From: Podarcis erhardii
Lineage: Eukaryota
DNA: 64,000 nt
Strand: one strand, 5' to 3'
Assembly: GCA_964252035.1 (NCBI GenBank)
Contig: OZ176203.1
Below the pieces are notes generated by a model. It was not told the DNA's origin. It saw nothing but the letters and a program-made list of their open reading frames with translations, and made no database searches. The stretch's first letter is position 1. The number at the start of each line of letters is the position of its first letter. The position numbers and the translations under genes were made by a program. Below, in pieces: positions 1 to 10,906 of the stretch.

Positions 1-1490
1 CTTGGCCATTCCCATCTGCTGGGAAACAGAACTGTGTGTGCCACATCAGGACTGTATGTGCATCTCATGCACCCAGTAAACCAGTCTTCTGACCTCAGGT
101 GCATCAGAGGTTGCTGTCTCCTTTTTGGTGTTGTAATAAGATTCAACTGACAGCCCAATCAAGTTCTGTACGTGGAATTGAGTGTGTGTGCCTTGTCCTT
201 TGCCTCAGACAGAAAAAGGTATTGGGGTGGCCCTGGAAATATTAGTAACTGTGTGGGGGATGGGAATACCATACTGTGTGTTGGGTATTGCGTGACATTG
301 GAATGCAAAAAGGTATGTTCTGTTTGCATAGAAATTCATTATTTTGAAATTAATGCCAAAGTTCTTTGCAAGGGCCTGTGTCCAAATCCCATGGAAGCTC
401 ACTTATGTGCCTCGTTCCCTAATGTGTTCCTAGCTCACTTCTTAGAAAACAGAACACCTGCTTTTCTCAGTGAAATGGGGGAAACTGAGGGATGTTTCTG
501 TTCTATCATTGTTGAAGAATATATCAGTGAAGCAGAACAATGAGGAATCAGAAGGTTTGCAATCTTGGACGAAAATACACTATATATTCAATTCCAGAAA
601 CGTTGCTGTATTGCATTGTTGGTGCAGAAACAACAAAAGCATATTATGGCATACCACAGGAAATCAAGAGCCGGGAAGAGAAATTGAGGATGAAAATACA
701 TTATGCGGACAGACTTGAAAATTCTTCAGGTAGTCATGGTGGTTTCACTCACAGGCTTTAATTAATGCATCTCTCCCCCTGACACAGCACAATGTATATT
801 TTTACAGGAGTAGACTTAGCGGTGTAGGATTTGTATCATCTAATTACTGCCATTCTCTTCTTCTCAAGTAAGGAAAAGACAGCATCTCTTTGTGTACCTT
901 CTTGCCTCCTGCAGACTGTGTCTACAACTGAGGATTTCTGCACTTACAGGTGAGACGGCTATACATGGATATACATACAAAAGGGGGTGATGCCACCCTA
1001 GTCCTGGCTGTCTATAAGCTACTGGCCCCACTTTAAGGTTTTAGTATTGATATCTAAACCCCTTCACAGCCTGAGACTCAGGTATTTATCAACATACCAT
1101 ACACCCCATCTCCTAGGGGCCAAGGCACTTTCGCACCAGCCCCCAATGTTTTTTTCTGAGGGATCCAGGGCCCCTCAACATTCAGAGAAGATGGCGCCTC
1201 TGCAACACACCTTGTCAAATATAATTTGTCCCCGATCTTGTGGTTAACCCAGAGGAGGTGGGGACTCTTCTTGTTGTCCCTTCTGGGGATTTGGCCCATG
1301 TGAAAGGCTTTTTCTCCTGATTCTGGAGTTCCCTTCCCCAGGAAGTATGGGCAGTGGAACTTGCCAACAAGTAAAAACAATCTTATGCTCCCATGCTTTT
1401 GAAGCAAACCAGTAGCTACTAGTGCAGATCTCACCAGCTTGGTATTGCTTGCTCATGGGAGTCATCTACTTTTGCATGTGTGAATACTAG

Positions 1491-1716
1491 TGAGAGCCAG
1501 TTGGTTAAAGGGTTGGACTAGGACCTGGGGGACAAGGGTTCGAACCACCACTCAGCCATGAAGCTCACTCGGTGACCTTGGGCCAGTCACTGCCTTTCCA
1601 CCTAACCTACCTCACAGAGTTGTTGTGGGGATTAAATGAGAAGGGGGAGAATCATGTATGCCACCTTGAGGTCCTTGGAGAAAAAGGCAGGATAGAAACG
1701 CAATATATAAATAAAA
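1491..1716 (+). mobile_element. tRNA-derived CORE/MIR-like SINE
   Basis: Box B ggttcgaacc; CORE-like gtgaccttgggccagtcact...acctcacagagttgttgtg; A-rich tail. Confidence 0.75.
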
Positions 1717-2489
1717 GTAGGGCCAATAACAAAGAATTCTCAGCCCTGCCTGTAACTTGAGAGAATCGACACATACATGCTAGCACCTGCCTGGAGATGT
1801 CGTTTGTTTCGGTTAAAGCGAACACATTTTTCGCTTGCTGCTAAGGCTGCTCTTGCTACAGCAAAGCTTTGTTGCCCTTCCCTCATGTATTTGTACATGC
1901 TACTATTGTCAGGTTACAGTGACAGGGAAAGGAGAAAAAACACAGAGATGTGCACACAATAGGCAAGAATGCATTTCATGGAGAAGCTTTGTTCCACATG
2001 TTAGATTTCTGAAAGACACTTTAAAAAATACTAGGTGTGGAGAACAGCAAGCTAGCATGTATGGGGGCTGCTCCCCCCCCACCCTTGCCTTCCCCTACAC
2101 ATCTGCCAATGCAGGTTCAGGGATAAACACTCCTGAAGTGGAAAGGGAAGCAGCACTGTGTTCCTTCCTCCCCTCCGGCGAATGCCTGTACAAGCACCAA
2201 ATTTATTTTAGTGCCTTTGGGGATGACAATTGATTCTGACAAGAGAGATGGGAGTAGAGCTGATCTTTGTGAAGAAAAGTAGTATTTGCTGCTGCCCAGT
2301 TCCTGGATATTCCTCCCTGTGGCAGTGAATCTTTTGTGTTTGTGTGGTGTTTACAGAGGCCTGTGAAGTTGCTGAGAGAAATTACTCCAGGGGGAAACTG
2401 AGCACAAGGCCATGTGTGTGGTGCTGAGACGTCTAGTCAAGATAAATTGGTGGCGAGACAGTAGGCCGTGTCTGAAGGAAACAAATATA

Positions 2490-2748
2490 CCGTATTTTTT
2501 GCTCTATAAGACGCACCAGACCACAAGACGCACCTAGTTTTTGGAGGAGGAAAACAAGAAAAAAAATATTCTGAATCTCAGAAGCCAGAACAACAAGAGG
2601 GATCGCTGCGCAGCGAAAGCAGCAATCCCTCTTGCTGTTCTGGCTTCTGGGATAGCTGCGCAGCCTGCATTCGCTCCATAAGACGCACACACATTTCCCC
2701 TTACTTTTTAGGAGGGAAAAGGTGAGTCTTATAGTGCAAAAAATACGG
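2490..2748. mobile_element. Tc1/mariner-superfamily MITE, TIR CCGTATTTTT...AAAAATACGG, TA TSD
   Basis: TA-flanked inverted termini; internal palindrome. Confidence 0.88.
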
Positions 2749-5420
2749 TAACTGCCCCCTACCTGCAATGAAGAAGGATTATTTGAGGGAACGAATGCGC
2801 TTTGGATGTGCTTTAAAGGTGGAGTGTGTACAAAGCTTTTAGTTGCATAGCACCCGATGTCTTTCTACTTGAAATTTATTTATTTTTTACTACCCTTTCG
2901 TCGTTGTCTAATGCAGTTTCCATATTGGTTGTTGGCTGTTGTTTGGATTCTTCTTCTTTGTGCAATGCCCAGACAAGCGATAACTACGGAGCCTAATTAT
3001 TCAGTAAATAAGGAACAAGCAAACAAATAAATAAATGTGGGTGGAGGCCACAGATGACAGTTTCCTCAGGTAATTGTCATCACTAAACAGAATCCTTTTA
3101 TATGGGCCCTGCTTTCCTCTTGATTCTCTTAAGTCACTGTTGTCTCCCTTTTTCAAGAAAATGGCAGAATTGTTGCAGGGCCTGGTCCCTAATCCCAGGT
3201 GTGGAGGAGCCACATGGATCTCAGGCCTCAAAAGCCATGGTCTGCCTATAGGACCAAGTAAGGGTAAGTTTCTTGTGGTAGTATCTCCCACTTGCTTCTA
3301 GATTGCTTTCCTTGCCCTTCATAAAATATACAGACCATCCACCCAACAGCCATAGCCTCCTGAGCAGGGGGTCAACTTTCTATCTCTTGCTCCATATGCA
3401 CTAAACACTTGGTGGAATGTCATTTGCTCTGCTCCTCTGAGCTTACATTTCCATCTATCTAAAGTATTACAACAGAGTAGTCTTAAAACCACATCTTCAG
3501 AGAGACTAATGGAATAAAAGTAACATACTATGGCAGTTTTATTACCCTTAAATATGCTTTTAGTCTTCATAGGAAACATTTCCAAAATAATGTTTGAGAG
3601 ATGTAGAATGTGCTGGAATATATTTTATACACTGGGCATCTTGGGACCTCTCCAGCCCCCACTGAAGACGGTAGGAGACTTGTAGCTGTATCTAATGCAG
3701 GTTGAATCCATTCTTATTTCTGATAAATATCTTATTTATTGCTGGATGCAAGTTCGGAAGAAAACCTACATTTTTGAAAAATGATTCCAGTGTTCCATAT
3801 TTCACTAAATCTTCTGATCAGTCTCTCCCCACCCCCCACCCACCCCCCGTTTTGTCTGATAGAATACAATCCCACCTAAGTTTTTTGATGGCATTCATAG
3901 ATGGTTACAACTACTCAAGTTCAGGTACGTTAACTTATGCTTAAATATGTGATTTACAACAACGATCCATTGTTATACATGAATAAATTTTCTTTCGGGA
4001 AAGAGCATTGAGGTTAACTGTGGGGAAGGGAAGAGTTCAGACGGTTTAGTTTGCAGGACTAGAGATTAACCAAACACTACAAGTGGTACTAAATTAGGTT
4101 TTACACAGAGTAGACCCACTGCAGTTAATGAACATGCCTAAATTGGGGCTACATTTATTTCAATGAGTCTACTCTGAGTAATAATAATAGTAATTTGTTA
4201 TTTGTACTCCACCCATCTGACTAGGTTGCCCCAGCCACTCTGGACAGCTACTTAAGAGTAAAACTTAGTTGAATATCACCCTACAAACCCATTATCTCTA
4301 TTTCCCATGAACTTCTCAGGGTTGCTGTTCTATAGACCAGAGTGCTAATGGCAGAAGAGTTAGGGGAAGCAATAGTTCCACTTCAAATAAAGACATTATA
4401 CTGCACTGTAGTAACTTTACTGTATTTCATTTTTAACACAGCAATGAAGGCTACTGGTTAATATGTCATGAATACCCTGCTATATCTGGATCATTGGTCT
4501 TAATGACAGCAGTGTGGAGACTGCAATGCAAAATGAATGGCCACTGAAAGGATATTTTAACTGAAATCAGCACACAGTTATTGACCCCTATGTTGCAAAG
4601 TTAGGAAGATAATTGTATTCTAGGGGCCCAGAAGAAGAAGAAAGCATTACTGCTTTGGGTTGGTTCCCTAGTTACCTTAATCTGTTTGGGTTAGGTTTTT
4701 AAAAGTGGGTGTTTTCTTTCTTATTTGACCTGTGATTAAAAGAGCATAGGGAAAGAGCCATGCAGATTAAGATTTAATAATAGAGGATCACACCATCTGA
4801 AATTTAATGACTTCCTCCAGTTTTCCAGAATAAATAAATAGATCTTGAATTTTACATTCATTTATTTGCTATGTTGCTTTTGAGCAGTTATGCCATACTC
4901 TGAAAATAATCTATGTGCGTACTAAATAAATAACTCATAGCTGAGTTACCCAAGGAAGCAAATGTTTGAGAGCACTCTGTACCAAAATAAAGCTTCAGGC
5001 TATAGTCTCCTTGCGGTATGGACTCCAATATGGGGTGGTGACCAAAGCATATTTTGTGGTGCAGAGCTCTTCAAACACTTGTCTGTTATTCAGATTATGT
5101 CTTCACCCTTATATTGAACTAGGAACTGGAAATAAGAAATTGCTGCTCCTCTGGAGGAAAAAAAAAACAAATCAGTGAAGCATAACAGAAAGTAACCACA
5201 GCTCTTTCATATTATTATTATTATTATTATTTTAGAAAGTGATTTGGGCTCTCCATGTCTCAGCCCATCTTTAAGGTCAGCTGGATTTGAATGACTCTTT
5301 AACCACTTTCTTGTCTCAAAGCTGGGTTAAAGAATAGCGATAGCAATAATCTTCCTTTTCTCTCCAACATTTAAAGTGATGGGGAATGCACAGCTTCTAA
5401 ATTGTGGTAACATAGAGGTA

Positions 5421-5761
5421 GTGTGGTCTAAACCATAGCTGTGGTCTAAACCACTGAGCCTAGGGCTTGCCAATCAGAAGGTCGACGGTTCGAATCCCCA
5501 CAATGGGGTGAGCTCCCATTGCTCGGTCCCTGCTCCTGCCAACCTAGCAGTTTGAAAGTAGATAAATAGGTACCACTCCGGCGGGAAGGTAAACAGCGTT
5601 TCCGTGCGCTGCTCTGGTTCACCAGAAGTGGCTTAGTCATGCTGGCCACATGACCTGGAAGCTGTACGCCGGCTCCCTCGGTCAGTAAAGCGAGATGAGC
5701 GCCGCAACCCCAGAGTTGTCCATGACTGGACCTTGCGGTCAGGGGTCCCTTTACCTTTACC
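5421..5761 (+). mobile_element. Sauria SINE, 5'-truncated, 8-bp TSD TAGAGGTA
   Basis: Body matches the other copies; (TTTACC)n tail; TSD at 5413-5420 and 5762-5769. Confidence 0.92.
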
Positions 5762-6381
5762 TAGAGGTAATAGGAACAGTCGTCACCTTTTTTTCATGGC
5801 AGGCCGCTGTGTCTGCAGCTCTTTCTCAGCATTGGCATGCCATGTTAAGTCAGAAGGGAATTCGGATTTTAGATGTATGGATATATATTTGCATTTCCTT
5901 TCCTTCTCATCTTATGGTTTTACATCTCACACCTTCCCCATATATATATCTGTGGACTTAAGATAACAGTTCATGTTACCGGATAAAATGAGGTATAGTC
6001 CACTAAAGTTTATACCCTAATAAATGGGTTGTCCTTCAGGGTGCTACAGGACTATTTCTAAGTTCTGATTATGACTTATGCTTGGCATACAGTCACCAGC
6101 ACTCCCTCAGGGGCCCCTTGCCAGAAGAAAATAGATAGAAATACTACCAGAAATCCTACTGATCCTGGAATCTGAAGCTACAGATTTATGTGGGCCATAA
6201 AATATGGCTGTAGGTTTTGTTTTTAAGCGATTACTCTGTTGTTTTATCTTTTTGTAAACCGCGGTGAGGTTTTCTTCTACAATCAAGCACTATATAAATT
6301 TTATTAAATAAATACATGTGCCCCTGCCCCTTGTAAATAGGGTTGCAAAGACTGTGCCTTTCTGCAACCCAGAAATATTTT

Positions 6382-7475
6382 CTAAGAACGTAAGAACCTA
6401 AGAGTAGTCTACTGGATCAGGTCAATGGCCTGCTTAGTCCAGCATCATGTTCTTGCAGTGGTCAGCCGCATGCCTGGGGCCGAAACCAGGGTACAAAACA
6501 TGAGCACAAGAACACTCTCTCCCCTCCTATGGCTCAAGCACCTGCTGTTTGGAAGCACTGCTGCCTCCAGCTGTGGAGGTAGAGCACAGTCGTCATGTCC
6601 AGTAGACCCTGTTATCTCTCTCCTCCATTATTTTGTCCAATCATCCTCTAAAGCCATCCAGGCTTGTTGCTATCACCCCCCTCCTGAGGGAGCAAGTTCC
6701 CATAGTTTTGACTATGTGCTGCACATTAAATGTGTCCTAAACCTTCCAACATCCAGCTTCGTCCGATTTCCCATGATTTCTATAGTGCTATGGTTTTCCT
6801 AGTAGTGATGTATGGAAGTGAGAGCTGGACCATAAAGAAGGCTGATCGCCGAAGAATTGATGCTTTTGGATTATGGTGCTGGAGAAGACTCTTGAGAGTC
6901 TCATGGACTGCAAGAAGATCAAACCTATCCATTCTTAAGGAAATCAGCTCTGAGTGCTCACTGGAAGGACAGATCCTGAAGCTGAGGCTCCAATACTTTG
7001 GCCACCTCATGAGAAGAGAAGACTCCCTGGAAAAGACCCTGATGTTGGGAAAGATGGAGGGCACAAGGAGAAGGGGACGGCAGAGGACGAGATGGTTGGA
7101 CGGTGTTCTCGAAGCTACCAGCATGAGTTTGACCAAGCTGCGGGAGGCAGTGGAAGACAGGAGTGCCTGGCGTGCTCTGGTCCATGGGGTCACGAAGAGT
7201 CGGACACGACTAAACAACAAATGAGAGAGGAGGAAACACTTTTCTTTAGCTGCTTACTCCATGCAGTGCATAATTTTATAAACTTCTAACATGCCGCCAC
7301 TTCCTCGCCTCCCCCCCCCAAAAAAACTAAAAAGACCCAAATGCTGCAACCTTTCTTCATCGGGGAGTCGTTCCATCCACCTTGATCGCTTTCTCAACTC
7401 TTCAATATCCATTTTGACGCGAGGCGCCCAGAACTCTGTACGCAGCACTCCAAAAACGCACTATAGATTTGTACA
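6382..7475 (-). mobile_element. Old CR1 LINE 3' fragment (6382-6786 plus 7221-7475), split by BovB
   Basis: aagaacgtaagaac tail; the right part translates on minus to CR1 ORF2-like RWMERLPDEERLQHLGLFS. Confidence 0.7.
6787..7220 (+). mobile_element. BovB (RTE-clade LINE) 3' fragment nested in an older CR1
   Basis: Translates to ...SESWTIKKADRRRIDAFGLWCWRRLLRVSWTARRSN...HGVTKSRTRL; (CAA)n tail. Confidence 0.92.
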
Positions 7476-8420
7476 GCGCGCGGGTCGGACAGTTCCGTGT
7501 TCAGTGCCTGCGTGGACATCTCCATCCGCCGCCTTCACACCTCCAGTTCAGACCCCGGGCAAACGAGATTCCCACGCTCAGGCTCCGCTCCCCTTCGCTT
7601 CGCCTCCCCTGCGCCCCACCCGGGTGCTCGCTGCGCTCCGCCTTGCAGACGTCAACCTCGCCTCGCCAATGAGCGAGTGCTGCTACTACAGCGGGGCTGG
7701 GAGGAGGAGGAAGTCCGGAGAGCCAATGGGCTCGGAGGGATCTTTCGGGAGCGGAGAGGCACGGCGGCTCCTCCCCCGGCCCGGCCCATCCCGCGGCCCC
7801 GCGGCTTCAGCAGGAGAGCGCGGATCAGAGTTGCGCGCTCGGGTGGGAGATGCCGCTCGGGCTCCTTCTAGCTGCAGGTAAAGCCAGGGCGGGGCGGGGA
7901 GCATGCGCGCGTGTCTGGGTCTGGAGGGGCCCCGAGGCGGGCGCAAGGGCTGGCGGCAGATGGGAAAGGGGTCCCTCTGCGTGGGAAGCGCCCCTGGGCG
8001 CTCTATGCGGCAGGGGAAGCGCCCGGTTCCGCACCCACCTCGAGAGCGCACTCCCAAGACAAAAGGAAGCACACGAGACGCAAACAAAAGGTGGCTCTCT
8101 GGCGAGGGACGGATCCCACCAAGGTCACTTTTTCAGGCACTTCCTCATAACAGCCACAACTCCCTCGCTCTTTCCTTGCTCTCTTGCTAGAGTTGTTAGG
8201 ATCGCCTCCTCGCCAGCACCTCTCCCCCTCCCCCGCCACGACCCCGATCCTCTGGGGTCGTTCCAGCCCCATCTCCGTTCCGAGGAGCGCGTTACCTGCC
8301 TTTGCTACACTGTGGGTTTGGGGAAATGCAGTCCTTAAAACATCTTGCGAGGAAAAGCAGCCCTATTAAACTTGGCGGGACTGGCTTCTGAGTAGGCGCG
8401 TATCGGATCAGCTGCACGTT
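7400..8420 (+). promoter_or_regulatory. TMTC4: CpG-island promoter and non-coding first exon of TMTC4 (donor GCAG|gtaaag at 7877/7878)
   Basis: Strong CpG/GC enrichment; CCAAT boxes at 7666-7670 and 7723-7727; good splice donor at 7878. TSS not determinable from sequence. Confidence 0.8.
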
Positions 8421-8795
8421 TCCTTTCCACAATATTGCTATTAGACAATGATGTTCTTCGCAGCACTGTGCGGAACCACTTTCGATAACAGATCCAGAGG
8501 GGGAACTGGGATCTTCACCTCGTCTTTTGTCTGCAGTCACAGTGCTTGGCTCTTTTTTAAACACACGAGTTTGGATTCTTCCTTGGGGAAAGCACAAGTT
8601 CCATGGGTTTTTATTTTAAAGAATGGCCTGTGTTTATTACGGTCTGCTGTTCAGCCTAGTTGTGAATTATTATTATTTTGAAACTCTGCCATTTAAGTGG
8701 AAACTTCTGATTGGCAGAGTCTTTACTGTGGGTCTTCCATCTTTCTTCCCAAATTGTGGAAGGGGGAGGAAAGAACATTTACATGATCGTTTTAG

Positions 8796-9034
8796 AGTTT
8801 TTGATGACATGCCAGAAAGTGGCACGCATTACCCCATGCCCTGCAAGAGCTACAGAACAAAGACAACAGAAACCAGCAGACAGGCTGAAGCATGCAACCC
8901 TGTGTATGCTTACTTGGGAATAAGTCACATAGAATTTGGTAGGACTTGCTTCTGAGGAAACAGCAGCCATAGGATTGCACACCTGTGTTGGGCACAGTGT
9001 CATAATTTGTTCCAACAAATTTACCACACTGATG
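8796..9034 (+). other. TMTC4: Candidate TMTC4 5' leader exon ending in ATG (start of a long N-terminal isoform)
   Basis: ttttag acceptor ending 8795; ...CTGATG|gtgtgt donor at 9035. The ATG would be in frame with 10691-10744 (ICNQHNVGTPNFGKVSYR). Confidence 0.45.
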
Positions 9035-10744
9035 GTGTGTGTGTTCCACTCTGGAGACCTTCAGAACTCAGCAAGGAAAGAGGGCAAGATGCACTATATA
9101 CTTATGTATAAATAGGTTTCTCACCCTTGTTTTCAGAAGAGATTATACTCATTTAGTGCCGGTGGTGGTGGGGACAGGACACAAAAACAACTTCTGCAAC
9201 CAGGTCCATTATAGCAATGTTGGAAACTGCTTTCTTTCTTCCTTTAAAAGAACTACAATTCTGTTTTAACAGCCTCCCCTTTCCCACAACACATCTAGCT
9301 ATTTATTTTTGGGGCCAATAGGTTGGTTTAAAAGCCCAGGGAATTGGAATATTAGCATACTGGGAGGAAGGTTGCTGTTAGCTATTGTATGCCACTTCAT
9401 GTATTTTTTATAGGTACTTTTGTAGGGGACATTGCTATAGTAACAAGGGCTCACTTCTGGACTGCATTAATAGCTGCGCACAACAAGTAGGTCCAGTTGG
9501 TCTTTCCAGCAAGCACTTTGTTTTTAGTGGGCATCGTTTGCAAGTCCAGTAGTGAGCAACATAAAAAAAAATTCCATGCTGGAAAACAAAATACGAAAAA
9601 CAACACCACATTATGGTGCATAATGACTTCAAAGATAAAAAAGAAGAGGAAAACAAACCACTTATGTAGTATGATAAACAGGGAGGTGAGGATAGAGGGT
9701 CTAAATTCTGCACCCTAAAATTTCAAAGTTGGGGGGGGGGGATAGATCTGGTTAAACTTGTTGGTTTTGGAGATGCTAGGCCAGAGGGTAATGGAGATAC
9801 AGGAAGGAAGGTGAACCTTAGAAAATATTCTTCAGTCAGGCTAAAGGCTCTTCCAGTCTTCCACTTGTCCCGTGTTGAGAAAGCACAAGTCCAAGTGATT
9901 TTCTGCTTGTTATCTGTTATAACTGTAAGATGTAGAAATCCTAACGTAACAATAGCTTCTTGCACTGTGGGCTTCCCCACTCTCAACGGCTTTGGCACAC
10001 CCATTTCTCAATGAACTTGACATTGCAGGAGACTGGACATGATATGCACAGGTATCTTGTGGGTAACAGTTTCTGGATGCTGCCATTGGAAGATGCTGCC
10101 TGAGAACCATGTGGAAGTGCTTTGAACATATTTAGTTTTGCTTTGCTCATCATCTTAATTAGGGGTGGGTAGACCCATACTTCCAAATCCACTCCAAATC
10201 CACTCTAGAATAAATAGACTAATTTCCAGCATGCCTTTTGGATCCAGATATTCCATAACCTGAGTGGATATGAGCAGTCATTTGCCAAGTGGTAACATAA
10301 CCACAGAATGCATTTAACGGCATGGTCCTGCCAAGCAATGATATAAAAACCACACATCCGTAGCCAGCAGGGAAGCCTTGGGGTCAGCTTTTCCCAACCT
10401 GGTTCCTCCTGGGGATGGGGCTTGAGAGTCCCTGTTCCCATTAACCCTGAGCATTGACAATCCTGGCTGAAAGTTGTAGTTCCAAACATCTGTAAGGCAC
10501 CAGTTTAGGAATGGCTGCTTTGAATGCTGAAAGAAAGTTTTCTTCTTCTCCCCCTCCTCCCCAGACTACTAGTTCACCATAAATAACACCCACCCCTAGG
10601 TGTAGGCAGGCTACAAATGGTGCAGGTTTTTTTTTTTTGTAAAAAGGCTGAGCTAGCTGTTTATAAATATATACATCCTATTTCTTTCAGATTTGCAACC
10701 AGCATAATGTTGGCACTCCAAATTTTGGAAAGGTATCGTACAGA

Positions 10745-10906
10745 ATGGCACAGGCAGACAGTAACCTGGACCATGACATACCACTACTGCCCCTTCCAGC
10801 ACACTGGGCCAAAAGTGTTGTGGGACTCCTTTCCTTCATCTGCTTTGCAAACAGCTACAATGGGGACTTTGTCTTTGATGACTCCGAAGCTATAATCAAC
10901 AATAAG
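10745..10906 (+). CDS. TMTC4: TMTC4 coding exon 1 ([10 protein letters not shown]...[10 protein letters not shown]); exon acceptor at 10690
   Basis: tttctttcag acceptor 10681-10690, ATG 10745, donor AAG|gttggt at 10907; contains the DD motif. Confidence 0.95.

Noticed and set aside
172-761. Overlapping ORFs of 73-123 aa at the window start
   Set aside because: No recognisable protein, and no exon frame stays open between plausible splice sites.
6730-7224. 164-aa ORF resembling an RT C-terminus, as a possible RT partner for the copia element
   Set aside because: It is a 5'-truncated BovB non-LTR fragment without the catalytic core, as are the CR1 and L2 ORFs; none could complement an LTR element.
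7291-8338. Several 120-196 aa ORFs in the TMTC4 CpG island
   Set aside because: Expected from high GC content; low-complexity P/R/G/A translation with no homology recognised.
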